Shown: positions 1-11,685 of the stretch, piece after piece
How the letters are laid out: every line of letters begins with the position of its first letter
Position numbering within the stretch: the first letter of the stretch is position 1
Notes under the pieces: generated by a model
Told to the model about the DNA's origin: nothing
Database searches by the model: none
The model's input: the letters and a program-made list of their open reading frames with translations, nothing else
Program-made: the position numbers and the translations under genes
Assembly (NCBI GenBank): GCA_030390025.1
Contig: CM059438.1
Span: 60,700,001-60,764,000, forward strand
Length of the DNA stretch: 64,000 bases
Source of the DNA: Squalus acanthias
Lineage: Eukaryota
Direction of reading: 5' to 3'

Positions 1-123
1 GTTTTATCAGCCAATTTCGATATAAGGCTTTCTATGCCATCATCTAAGTCGTTAATAAATAGTGAATAGTTGAGGCCCCAACACAGATCCTTGCAGGACA
101 TCACTAGTCACATCCTGCCAATT
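1..123 (-). mobile_element. CR1-clade LINE RT fragment (continues at 2229 after the Penelope-like insertion)
   Basis: Collinear with the uninterrupted CR1 copy at ~5160-5280 (GPQLFT..DDGIE region on the minus strand). Confidence 0.8.
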
Positions 124-2228
124 AGAACTTGCAGCACTCCGTTCTCTCAGATCCAACCCCAACATTGTCATTAAACCTGCTGACAAGGGTGGTGCTGTTG
201 TTGTTTGGCGAACCGACCTCTACCTTGTGGAGGCTGAATGCCAACTCTCTGACACCTCCTCCTACCTCCCCCTGGACCATGAACCCACTGCCAAACATCA
301 AACCATCGTTTCCAAGACTGTCACTGACCTCATCTCCTCTGGAGATCTTCCCTCCACAGTCGCCAACCTCAGTCCCCCAACCCCACACAGCCCGCTTCTA
401 CCTCCTTCCCAAGATCCACAAACAGGACTGCCCTGGTAGACCCATCGTTTCAGCCTGTTCTTGTCCCATGGACAGATTTCTTCCTATCTCGACTATTTTT
501 TCTCCTTGTCCAGTCTTTTACAATTCTTCTGACGCCCTCCACCACTAACAGTTTCCAGTTGCCTGGCCCCAGGATTGGACGTCCAATCCCTCTACACCTC
601 CATTCCCACCACGACGTCCTGAGGGCACTCCGCATATTCCTTGAAGAGAGGCCCCCAACCAGTCCCCATCCACCACCACCCTCCTCTACCTGTCTGAACT
701 TGTTCTCACATTAAACAACTTCTCCTTTGACTCCACTCCCTTCCTCCAAATTAAAGGTGTTGCTATGGGAACCCACATGGGTCCTAGCTATGCCTTCCTT
801 TTCGTGGGATATGTGGAACATTCTTTGTTCCAGTCCCACTCATGTCACCTCCCTCACCTCTTTTTCCAGTACATTGATGACTGTATCGATGCCGTTTCCT
901 GCTGTCGCCTGAACTAGAAAATGTCATTCAATTTGCTTCCAATTTCCACCCTTCCCTCACCTTCACATGGTCCATCTCCGACTCTTCCCTTCCTCGACTT
1001 CTCTGTCTCCATTTCTGGGGATAGGCTATCGATAAACATCCACTATAAGCCCGCTGACTCCCACAGCTACCTGGACTACACTTCCTCCCACCCCGCTTCC
1101 TGTAAGGACTCTATTCCATTCTTCCAGTTTCTCCGTTGCATCTATTCTGACGATGCCAGCTTCCATACTAGTGCTTCCTATATGTCTTCCTTTTTCCTCA
1201 ACCGAGGAGTCCCCTCTACCGTGATTGACATGGCCCTCAACCGTGTACGTTCCATTTCCCACACTTCTACTCTCACCCCTTCCCCTCTCTCTCAGAACCA
1301 CGATAGGGTTCCCCTTGTCCTCACCTTTCACCCCACCAGCCTCCACATTCAACGGATCCGCCATTTCCGCCACCTCCAGCGTGATCCCACCACCAAACAC
1401 ATCATCCCCTCCCCCTTCAGCATTCCGAAGGGACCACTCCCTCCGCAACACCCTGGTCCACTCCTCAATCACCCCCAATATCCCTTTCCCACGGCACGTT
1501 CCCGTGCAAGTGCAGGAGATGCAACACCTACCCTTTCACATCCTCCCTTCCAGGTGAAACAGCGATTTACTTGTACTTCTTGCAATTCAGTATACTGTAT
1601 TCGCTGCTCACGATGCGATCTCCTCTACATTGAGGAGACCAAACGCAGATTGGGTGACCGCTTTGCGGAACACATCCGTTCAGTCCACAAGCATGACCCC
1701 GAGCTTCCGGTCGCCTGTTACTTTAATTCTCCGCTCCACTCCCACTCTGACCTCGGCCTCTGACACTGTTCCAACGAAGCTCAACGTAAACTCGAGGAGC
1801 AGCACCTCATCTTTCAATTAGGCACTTTACAGCCTTCTGGACTCAACATAGAGTTCAACAGTTTCAGACCTTAACCTCTGCCCCTATTTTTTCACATGGC
1901 AGCTGTTGATGATTCTGCCAGTCCCATTTACACCTCTTCTAGACCCATATCTTTTGTTTCTTTACTTGCCCCATTACCATTTGCTTTGTATAATCATACC
2001 TTTTGTCATTTAATCACTCCTGCCTTCCACCCTATCACAGACCTCCCCCCTTTTGTTCTTTCCTCGACTCCCTCCTTTTCCTGCCCCTGCACTAGCTTAA
2101 AATCTGTTACATCTCTAACTTTTTCCAGTTCCGACGAAAGATCATCGACCTGAAACATTAACTCTGTTTCTTTCTCCACAGATGCTGCCTGACCTGCTGA
2201 GTATTTCCAGCATTTTCTGCTTTTATTA
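124..2228 (+). mobile_element. Penelope-like retroelement, 5'-truncated and frameshifted: RT + GIY-YIG endonuclease + 3' end
   Basis: ORF pieces FYLLPKIHK..PGRPIVS, YIDD (tacattgatgac ~870), SHSYLDYTSSHP and VYCIRCSRCDLLYIEETKRRLGDRFAEH; 9-bp TSD CTGCCAATT at 115-123 and 2229-2237. Confidence 0.9.
2127..2163 (+). ncRNA. Degenerate minimal hammerhead ribozyme motif in the Penelope-like 3' end
   Basis: AGTT-CCGACGA-A-AGATCATCGACCT-GAAAC-ATT-AACT; homologous to the copies at 30383 and 31958 but with core and stem substitutions. Confidence 0.55.
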
Positions 2229-2737
2229 CTGCCAATTTGAGTACCTACCCATTATCCCGACTCTCTGTCTCCTGCCGCTCAGCCAATTTCCGAACCAGGT
2301 CAGTAATTTGCCCTCAATTCCATGGGCTTCTACCTTAGTTAACAGTCTCTTATGTGGAACTTTATCAAATGTCTTCTGGAAGTCCATATAAATAACATCC
2401 ATAGACATTCCCCGTCCACTACTTTAGTCACCTCCTCAAAAAATGCAATCAGGTTCGTCAGGAATGACTCTACCTTTCAAAAATCCATGCTGGCTCTCTC
2501 TGATCAACTGAAAATTTGCGAGGTGTTCAGTCACCCTATCCTTAATTATAGAATCTAGTAATTTCCCAACAGATGTTAAGCTAACTGGTCTATAATTCCC
2601 TGGTTTCCCCTCTCTCGTCATTCTTAAATAGCCAAGTGACTGGCGCAATGTTCCAATCTAAAGGAACGGTTCCTGAATTGAGAGAGCTTTGGAAAATTAT
2701 AGTTAGGGCATCTGCAATGTGCTCACCTACTTCCTTT
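2229..2737 (-). mobile_element. CR1-clade LINE RT fragment
   Basis: PGNYRPVSLTS, ESQHGF, DFQKTFDKVPH motifs in minus-strand ORFs. Confidence 0.9.
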
Positions 2738-2739
2738 AA

Positions 2740-3515
2740 ATGGAAAAGCAGAATATTTTTTAAAGGGTGAAAGACTAGTAAATGTTGGTATTCAGAGGGA
2801 TTTGGGGGTCCTTGTACACGAATCACAGAAAGTTAACATGCAGGTGCAGCAAGCAATTAGGAAGGCAAATGGTACGTTAGCCTTTAGTGCAAGTGGGTTG
2901 CAGTATAAGAGTAAGGATGTCTTGCTGCAATTATACAGGGCCCTGGTGAGACCACACTTGGAGTATTGTGTACAGTTTTAGTCTCCTTACCTAGGAAGGA
3001 AATACGTGCCTTAGAGGGAGCGCAACGAAGGTTCACTAGATTGATTCCTGGGATGAGAGGGCTATCCTATGAGGAGAGATTGAGTAGAATGGGACTATAT
3101 TCTCTGGAGTTTCGTAGAATGAGAGGCGATCTCATTAAAACAGATAAAATTCTTAAGAGGACTTGACAGGGTAGATGCTGGGAGGATGTTTCCCCTGGCT
3201 AGAGAGTCTAGAACTAGGGGGCATAGTCTCAGGATAAGGGGCTGGCCTTTTAAGACTGAGATGAGGAGGAATTTCTTCACTCAGAGGGTTGTGAATCTTT
3301 AGAATTCTCTGCCCCAAAGGGCTGTGGCTGCTCAGTTGTTGAGTATATTCAAGGCTGAGATCGATAGATTGTTGAACTCTAAAAGAATCAAGGAATATGG
3401 AGATAGTGCAGGAAAGTGGAGTTGAGGTAGATCAGCCATGATCTTACTGAATGGCGGAGCAGACTCGAGGGGCCGAACGGCCTACTCCTGCTCCTAATCC
3501 TTATGTCCCTATGAT
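2740..3515 (+). mobile_element. CR1-clade LINE 3' end
   Basis: [26 protein letters not shown] and CR1 3' tail gggccgaacggcctactcctgctcct. Confidence 0.9.
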
Positions 3516-3699
3516 GCAACTAGAATGGTCCCAAATTGACTAAAACTCCATTGCAAATCCTTTATGCCATGCAGAATTTCCAGTCAGCTTCGCCCCTCTG
3601 CACCTGCTCTTACAGCAATGTGGATTTTCAGCCAGGAAGACGAATGGCAACCGAGGGAATTGTGTGCTGCTGACTGACATCCTCTGCAACCTGCTCCCA

Positions 3700-4005
3700 G
3701 CCACAGCCCCATGCTGGGTTTGGATAGGCTGGACGGGTAAAGGCTGTTTCCAGTAGTTGATGGTGCAAGGACTAGGGGGGGGGGGGGGGCACAGATTTAA
3801 AGTTTTGGTCCAGGGGGATGTGAGGAAAAACTTTTTTAAGCAGCGAGTGGTGATGACCTGGAACTCGCTGCCGACAGAAGTGGCGGAAGCGGAGACACTC
3901 AATGTTGTCAAGGGGAGACTGGATAGGCATTTGAGGGAAATACAGAGAGCCGGCATGGATTCGATGGGCCGAATGGCCTCCCCCTGTGCCGTTGTGACTC
4001 TATGC
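3700..4005 (+). mobile_element. Diverged CR1 3' fragment
   Basis: RKNFFKQRVVMTWNSLP and gggccgaatggcct tail. Confidence 0.7.
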
Positions 4006-4194
4006 TGGAGGAGCTGGGCCCTCCACCTCCACCTCGGCCTGGTGAACTGTCTCACTCACCCTCCCGAGCAGGCACGGCGGATCAGGGGGTGACCGACACA
4101 GCCCGGCGTTAGGCCTTTCCCCCCTCCTCTACTGCAATGCTGTAAGCTCCCCAGGCCCTGGGCTCAGCCCCGCCGGCTATCGAACGCCTCTTAC

Positions 4195-4385
4195 CTCAGC
4201 CTGCCCGTGGTCGCAGCGTCCCGCTCACTCCGTCCGGTTCAGAGGTCGGGAGGTGGCGCGGGGGCCGCTGGGAGTTGTAGTCCCGCCCGAAGACTCCAAG
4301 TCCCAGCGTGCGGCGCATGCGCCCTGGCGAGCGCGGCCTGCCCAACCTGGTCGCCCAGTCTGACTCCCGGCGCATTGGCGGCAGG
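4195..4385. promoter_or_regulatory. CpG-rich, probably bidirectional CDC26 promoter with ZNF143/THAP11-type and NRF1 motifs
   Basis: GGACTACAACTCCCAGC on the minus strand at 4267-4283; related AGACTCCAAGTCCCAGCGTGC on plus at 4291-4311; NRF1 palindrome GCGCATGCGC at 4313-4322; high CpG density. Confidence 0.8.
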
Positions 4386-4466
4386 ATGCTGCGGAGGAAG
4401 CCCACCCGGCTCGAACTCAAACTGGACGATATCGAGGAATTTGAGAGCATGAAAAAGGAGCTGGAG
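4386..4466 (+). CDS. CDC26: APC/C subunit CDC26, coding exon 1 (27 aa)
   Basis: [27 protein letters not shown] is the conserved CDC26 N-terminus; donor GAG|GTGAGC at 4466/4467, phase 0. Confidence 0.97.
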
Positions 4467-4548
4467 GTGAGCCGATTTAGGCCTGGGCCTTATTGCAGCA
4501 TCTTCCACCTGCCAGGGGTCCCATCGCCAGGCTCCACATTCACCTGTC

Positions 4549-4978
4549 CTCGCCTCTGAGTCAGAAGGCTGTGGGTTCAAGTCCCACTCCAGAGACTTGA
4601 GCACATAAATCCAGGCTGACACTCCAGTGCAGTGCTGAGGGAGTGCTGCGCTGTCGGAGGTGCCGTCTTTCGGATGAGACGTTAAACCGAGGCCCCGTCT
4701 GCTCTCTCAGGTGGGTGTAAAAGATCCCATGGCACTATTTCGAAGAAGCAGGGGAGTTATCCCCGGTGTTCTGGCCAATATTTATCCCTCAACCAACATA
4801 ACAAAAAAAACATTATCTGATCATTATCACATTGCTGTTTGTGGGAGCTTGCTGGGCGCAAATTGGCTGCTGCGTTTCCCACATTATAACAGTGACTACA
4901 CAAAAGTACTTCATTGGGTGTAAAGCGATTTGAGACGTCTGGTGCTCGTGAAAGGCACTATATAAATGTAAGTCTTTT
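4549..4978 (+). mobile_element. Deu-domain tRNA-derived SINE (SacSINE1/AmnSINE-like)
   Basis: B-box GGTTCAAGTCC, core gagacgttaaaccgaggccccgtctgc..aaagatcccatggcact, L2-like tail; many copies in the window. Confidence 0.85.
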
Positions 4979-7447
4979 GTTTTCACCATTTAGAAAGTAC
5001 CCTGTTCTATCCTTTTTAGGTCCAAAGTGGATGACCTCATATGTGCCTACATTGAAATCCATTTGCCACAATTTTGCCCATTCACTTAATCTGTCGATAT
5101 CCCTTTGTAATTTTATGCTTTCATCTACACTGCCTACAATGCCACCTATCTTTGTGTCATCAGCAAATTTGGTTACGTGACTTTCTATGCCATCATCTAA
5201 GTTAATAAATACTGTGAATAGTTGAGGCCCCAACACAGATCCTAGCAGGACACCACTTACTAGTCACATCCTGCCAATTTGAGTACCTACCCATTATCCC
5301 TACTGCCCATCTCCTGCTGCTCAGCCAATTTCCTAACCAGGTCAATAATTTGCGATCAATTCCATCTACCTTAGTTAACAGTCTCTTATGTGGGACTTTA
5401 TAATATGCCTTCTGGAAGTCCATATAAATAACATCCATAGACATTCCCCTGTCCTCTACTTTAGTCACCTCCTCAAAAAATGCAATCAGGTTTGTCAGGC
5501 ATGACCTACCCTTCACAAATCCATGCTGGCTCTCTCTGATCAACTGAAAATTTTCGAGGTGTTAAGTCACCCTATCTGTAATTATAGACTCTAGTAATTT
5601 CCCAACAACAGATGTTAGGTTAACTGGTCTATAATTCCCTGGTTTCCCCCTCTCGCCATTCTTAAATAATGAAGTGACATGCACAATTTTTCTATCTAAA
5701 GGAATGGTTCCTGAATCGAGAGAACTTTGGAAGATTATAGTTAGGGCATCTGCAATGTGCTCACCTACTTCCTTTAAAACCCTGGGATGGAAACTATCTG
5801 GTCCTGGGGATTTGTCACTCTCTAGTGCCATTATTTTCTTCATTACTATTATTTTATTTACATTAATTTTATTGAGTCCCTGTCCCTGATTCAATATTAG
5901 TTTCCTTGGGATTTCTGGCATGCTATCCTCTTCCTCTACTGTAAATACCGATGCAAAGTAATTATTCAACATGTCCGCCATTTCTTTATTATCATTGACA
6001 ATATTACCACTTTCAGTTTTTAAGGGGCCAACATTGTTCCTGACTACCCTCTTTTTCCTAATTGTAAAAATTCTTTGTGTTGATTTTGATATCCCTTGCA
6101 AGATTCTTTTCATATTCCCTTTTTGTAGCTCTTGCTATCTGTTTTGTGACCCTTTGCTGTTTTTTGTATCTTTCCCATTAGCCAGGATCTGTGCTATTTT
6201 TTGCATTTTTGTATGCTTTTTCTTTTAGTTTTATGCTGTCTCTTACCCCTTTAGTCGCCCCATGGCTGTTCTTTTTGGCAAGTAGAGCTCTTGCCCCTCA
6301 GGGGTATAAACTGGTTCTGTATCGCCTTAAATTCTTTTTTGAACATCTCCCACTGTTCTTCTGTCGTTTTACTCATTAACAGATTTGCCCAGTTAACTGT
6401 GGACAGTCTCTGCCTCATCCCATTGAAGTCGGCCTTACCCAAATCTAGAATCTTAGTAGCTGTTTCGCGTTTCTTCCTTTCAAAAGCTACGTTGAACTCG
6501 ATCATGTTATGATCGCTATTGGATAAATGTTCACGCACAGTTAAGCTGTTGACTAAATTTGGCTCATTATTCATTCCGAAATCTAATATGGCATGCCCCC
6601 TTGTTGCCTCTAGCACATATTGGCCCAGAAATTGATCTCGCTCTGTTCCCGCGGGGGTAAGCCTTCCCCGCGATGTCTCACCTCGCTTATGCTTTTTCTG
6701 ATCCAGCTCGCACGAACTTGATGTTCCAGACATCAGCTGTGCTGGGCTTGCGTATCCCAGCGGCGCAGTTAATTCGTGCAAGCTGTGGGATCACGTGACT
6801 CAGTTAGAGCCAATGGCAGCACACCATCTTCCATTCATAAGTCTCACAGCATGGCTGTGAGACTTATGAATCTTACACCCCCCCAAAATAACAGCTAAAC
6901 CTCAATTAAATTAAAAAAAAAAACCATCACATTAATAAAATAAGTATAGTTAATTAAATTAACCATTTTAAATAAAAAATTAAATTTTTGAAAAAATTTA
7001 AAATCTTTTAAAAAGTTATAAAAATAAACTTACCTGTCTTTAAAGTCTATAAAAAAGATATACCTGTAAAAAAAAATTCAAAAAAATACTTAATTCACTA
7101 CTTACCTTCTTAAAAGCGGGTCTTACTCCTCCTTTTTACATTTCCAAAATCTTCCCTACTTACCTGCGCGTCCAAAGCATGAAGTGCACAGCGTGCGCGC
7201 AGCCTGTAGCGCGCACGCGATGCACTCAGGCCCCGCCCCCTTTTCGGAAGAGCAATTGCCGGTTTTCAGCGCATGCGCAGGGCATGCAGAAAACCGGCAA
7301 TTGGAGTGGGAATACGCGAGAGTATGCAGTGCGTACTCTCGCGTCCCGGGATCAATTTTCGGCCCATTGTTGTAGAAAACTATCCTGGACACACTCAAGA
7401 AATTCACTACTTACTGACAGGTGCTAGTCTGCTTATCCCAATCTATA
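4979..7447 (-). mobile_element. CR1-clade LINE ORF2 remnant (end of endonuclease, linker, RT), interrupted by a MITE at 6622-7365
   Basis: EFLECVQDSFLQQ|YVLEATRG, SNSDHNMI, KSPGPDSFHPRVLKE, NYRPVNLTSVVGK, KFADDTK. Confidence 0.9.
6622..7365. mobile_element. Non-autonomous DNA transposon (MITE), PIF/Harbinger-like
   Basis: Imperfect TIRs GGCCCAGAAATTGATCTCG / CGGGATCAATTTTCGGCCC; 3-bp TSD ATT (6619-6621, 7366-7368); removing it restores the host CR1 frame. Confidence 0.8.
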
Positions 7448-7695
7448 TGAAGAGCAGGGGAGTTCTCCCAGTGTCCTGGCCAATATTTATCCCTCAACCA
7501 ACATCACTTAAAAAAAAAAAAAATTATCTGATCATTATCACATTGCTGCTTGTGGGAGCTTGCTGTGCGCAAATTGCCTGCCGCATTTCCGACATTACAA
7601 CAGTGACTACACTTCAAAAAGTACTTCATTGGCTGTAAAGCGCTTTGGGATGTCCGGTGGTCGTGAAAGGTGCTATATAAATGCAAGTCTTTCCT
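7448..7695 (+). mobile_element. Deu-SINE, 3' half
   Basis: Matches the 3' half of the 4549-4978 copy. Confidence 0.85.
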
Positions 7696-9968
7696 TTTTT
7701 TTTAAAGAGATCCTGGCTTTACCTCTGAGACCGCGTGCCCAAGCTCACTCTCTGCCCCAGGTCCTCCACACCACCGCCTGTGGCAGAGCCTGGAGTCAGC
7801 ACTTGGAATGTGGGATTCCCTGTTACCAAAGCAGAGCCAAAGGGAATTGGGTAGTTGTTTCGAAATGGGCACAAGAGAGTGGGATTAGACTAGGTGCAGA
7901 AAAACATAGATGCAGACTGGATGGGCTGAACGGCCTGTTTTTGTGTTGCAACCCCTTTCCCAAAGCCCTGACACATCTCTTCCCAATTTCAAAAAATACA
8001 ATCATGTCTTCGGGCACCTCCCCCAAATTCTCCTTCCAAACACTTGGCATCCAGTTCTGGTTTGTAAAGCGCTTTGAGACGTTTGCTATGTTAAAAGATT
8101 TTATAATAAGTGTAAGAGAGAGGTAAGTTTGTAAACCAATCTATTCGATGTCTTCATCAATGATGTTGGATAGCATCATTAGGGCTAGTCACAGAATATC
8201 TGAAAGTTGTGGCATTCCTTAATGCAGCTGATGTTGGACTGTTGACAGACTCAATTGGGGATCTACTGCACTTACTCATTATCTTGAATAGAATAACCAT
8301 TAAGATACGGCGTTAGTCCACCCAAATGTATTATCTGTCATTCCACAGTTCAAGAGGTTGTCTCAAAAGTATTGAATGGAGAATACAAGGGGCACCTGCT
8401 TGAATTGTCGATTTCATATCAATACCTTTGGGTCCTGTTAGATACCAATTTCAGCCCTTTGAGTCCATGCCGAGAAGGGGCCAAAGGTGCTTTGATCTTG
8501 TCATTTTTCAATGACAACAAAGTCCGAATGCAGGTTAAACTTGTAGCACATACAACTTGTGCTGACAGTTCTCCTTCATTGCTCACAACTCCTAGGCATG
8601 TGACGAAAGGGCTTCCTTCAACCCGTGTGCACGTTCGAAGATGAAACTGAGGTGGATTTGTAGAAAAATAGTTGCAGGGAGATGGCACTGCTCTGTCGCT
8701 GAGTGGGGGGGGGGGGGTTCACCTTATACTGGCCACATGTCCTTGCTAAAGCCTCCCAGAAAACCTGGATTAGGCAATGGGTGATGAGAACCCCTGGAAA
8801 TTAGATGCCTAGAACATCAAACAGTCCTGGATAGACTTCCAGCATGCTGACGGTGGATGTCTGTCATTTAGCTGATGAGGAAACTCAAAGACTTGGGACC
8901 ACAGCTGTGAGAAGGCCTTGCTGGAGGCCGGATATGAGAACACACACATTTGCAGCCTACCATGATGGTGTTGTACGGAGGCAAACACCTCCACCTACCT
9001 GATAGGTTGTGTGTCTGTGCTGTGTTGTATTCTGGAAGATGGTGGCGTTGCATTCACCTATTTTACAGTGAGTTGTGCTGCTCACCATGCCACTTGTGAA
9101 CAGTGCTTGTTGTTTACAGTCGCCCTACTGAGGACTCAAACCCATGTTTGTCGGTTGTCTAATGACCAACTGGTGGCTACTCTCCTGGGGAGGGGGTTGG
9201 CGGAGGGGAAAGATAAACAGAATCCCGGGATTCGAGTTGGTTTAAAGATGACACATCTGGTAATGGAAGATTGGAACTGAATCATCCCTGTGTGACAGAG
9301 TCTGTAATCTGATACTCTGAGCCAAGCAGGTCCACACTAGTCCCGGAACACTGAGTAATTGACCATCCAGTCCAGCTTACTATTGGGACCTGAAGGTTCA
9401 GCCGTGTCAATGGGCACTGGGATTCTTCTATCAGTTCCACCCAACCCTACAAACCACGGATGGTGCCATGGCTTGACAAGTAGCATGCAACTGATCAGTC
9501 CACTGTGCTGCATGATTTTAGCTGGTTAAACTCCAGCAGGATCCCTGCATGTACTCGGGATTCCCTAAGCCTTTGCTCTTGCCAACCTGTACCTTCTCTC
9601 ATGGGGAAAAGCATGTGCCCTGCATTGGGCAAACATGTATGTAGATTTCTCACTGGCTTGGTTTGGAGACTCTTAGCCACGGTGATGGGTTTCCACATAT
9701 TAGACATCTGGCTGACTTATTAAAAAAGAGTCAACGGTCGTGATGCTCAGGCTCCTGAGAGCTTTTTAACAGTTTTAGGTGTGGGGCCTAAAGCCTTGTT
9801 TCTGTCCGAGTCCCCGACCTCAGTGGGTTTTCTGGTTTATTTCCCATTTGATTCCAAGTTAAGCAGTGCCTGTAGCTTCTGTCTGGAATGTTTAACCACA
9901 AGAACCTGTGTTTGGAGGAGCTATGGGCCAACCTGGTAAACTCTCAATGTGGTCTGGTCTGTCTCCAG

Positions 9969-10142
9969 AATCGGAAGAAGCAACAGCGTGAGGAGGGCGA
10001 AATGGTGAGCTCCAGTGATGTGGACAGTGCTAACGGAGCAAGAGACGACGCCAAAGTCCGAGAGAAGATAAACGAGCGAATCGGATACCGACCCAATCCT
10101 CACATCAGCAAACCCTTCTCCCTGTTTGGGAACCTCCACTGA
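9969..10142 (+). CDS. CDC26: CDC26 coding exon 2 (57 aa + stop)
   Basis: Acceptor tctgtctccag|AAT; NRKKQ..KINERIGYRPNP..FGNLH* resembles the vertebrate CDC26 C-terminus; joined CDS is 84 aa. Confidence 0.95.
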   Translation, partial: NRKKQQREEGEMVSSSDVDSANGARDDAKVREKINERIGYRPNPHISKPFSLFGNLH

Positions 10143-10481
10143 CGGCCTATTGGCAGGGACACGCATGGAGTGGGCAGGTTCACCCGGGTCCGGAACCTGT
10201 ACCTGAGTATTTCGAGGATCGTGAATTCAAGGACCTGGAGCTGTCAGTGTTCTGGAGCAAATTTGGTGCACTGCTGGCTTACCTGCTGAGGAGAGTGCCG
10301 AACGTAGGATTAAAATGGTGTGAAAATCACTGACCCAGCCATGTACTCTGTAAATATTTCCACAAAGTGTCTTATAAAGGGTAATGACCTGATGATTCGA
10401 TTTTATTAGAAATGGCTTGTATTGTTATGTACTCCAATTGAAAGCTACACCACATTGAATTATTTCAACAATAACAAGGAT

Positions 10482-10487
10482 AATAAA
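10482..10487 (+). terminator. Candidate CDC26 polyadenylation signal
   Basis: AATAAA about 340 nt downstream of the stop, followed by T-rich sequence. Confidence 0.45.
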
Positions 10488-11108
10488 CGCGTATCTGATG
10501 TTTACGTAACCACTAATTCTCCGGTTGAATTTATTTTGAGGTTAGGGAGGTGAGGGTTAATTAGCTTGGATTTTCCGATCAGCGTTATTTTAACACACAG
10601 GATTACTACCAGCGTTAAAGTAACAGCGATCAGAAAATCCAGGGTTTGTTATTCTCCCCTTCCCTACACTGCACAATCTGTGGCTGAGACAGTTAGGGTT
10701 GCCTTTGTGACACCTCAAGTCCCGTCCAGAACGGAGGTGATTGGGTAATTCCCCCGTCAATCACGCCTGGAGTGACTGGGATTAATTTTACGCACAGAGT
10801 TTGTTTTATATAACTATCCTCCACTCACTGCATTTTGCGAGTGAAATCGCCCTACTTTTATCGGGAGAAGTTGCTGCAGTTCGTAGAGACTCTTTAAATA
10901 GACTCTGTAAGTAAACTTTGCTGTGCTATTTGCTGTAAAATACACTGTTTGCTGGAGGTCCTGCCATAAGTCCCACTTATGTAACTCTCATTGTCATTGG
11001 CTGACGTAGTGGAAGCACTGGACACTCCGGATGGTTAGCATGATCTGTTTCTGGGCTTCACCTGTGACTCTGAAGCTTTGCACAAAGGTGTGCAAGACTC
11101 CTTCAACA

Positions 11109-11110
<2 letters not shown>

Positions 11111-11149
<39 letters not shown>
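11111..11149. repeat. (CT)n(CA)n compound microsatellite
   Basis: Read directly. Confidence 0.9.
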
Positions 11150-11319
11150 CCGCAGTGAATTGCCCTACCCTCCATGCACTTTAACTTCACTGAGGCAGTT
11201 AGTGGTTCATGGGTGTGAATCAGTACCCACCACTTTGTGATGTTTGTTTTTAATGTTCTGTTATGTTTTGAATATTATTTTCCTGCATTTTAACCCATGG
11301 ATTATATTCATTACAATAA

Positions 11320-11505
11320 CGTCAACAAAAACAAATTATCTGGTCATTATCACATTGCTGTTCGTGGGAGCTTGCTGTGCACAAATTGGCTGCCGCATTT
11401 CCTACATTACAACAGTGACTCCACTTCAAAAAGTACCTCATTGGCTGTAAGCGCTTTGGGACGTCCGGTGGTCTTGAAAGGCGCTATATAAATGCAAGTC
11501 TTTCT
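11320..11505 (+). mobile_element. Deu-SINE 3' fragment
   Basis: ggtcattatcacattgctg..aaaggcgctatataaatgcaagt. Confidence 0.8.
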
Positions 11506-11507
11506 TT

Positions 11508-11685
11508 AACTTGGAAATATATCGCCGTTCCTTCGTCGTCGCTGGGTCAAAATTCTGTGGGAGCACATTCCTCTCTCGGACTGCAGCGGTTGAAAAAGAT
11601 GGCCCAGCACCTTCTCAAGGGCAACTAGGGATGGACAATAAATGCTGGCTTTGCCAGTGACGTCCATATCCGCAGAATGAATTTT
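11508..11685 (+). mobile_element. 3' end of a second CR1-type family
   Basis: Reverse complement of part of 32465-32680 (gtcgctgggtcaaaa..caataaatgctggc). Confidence 0.7.

Noticed and set aside
129..1763. Intact autonomous Penelope ORF
   Set aside because: Several frameshifts and stops, and 5' truncation
2229..3515. Single 5'-inverted CR1
   Set aside because: The halves resemble different CR1 copies in the window, and the left TSD would lie outside it, so this cannot be tested
1..4195. PRPF4 coding exons expected from synteny
   Set aside because: Region is almost entirely retroelement-derived; no PRPF4-like peptide seen
8300..9760. Possible very old L1/Tx1-type remnant or extra exons in the CDC26 intron
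   Set aside because: Only faint short motifs (PWKL, QLYYW-like) with no continuous frame; needs a profile search
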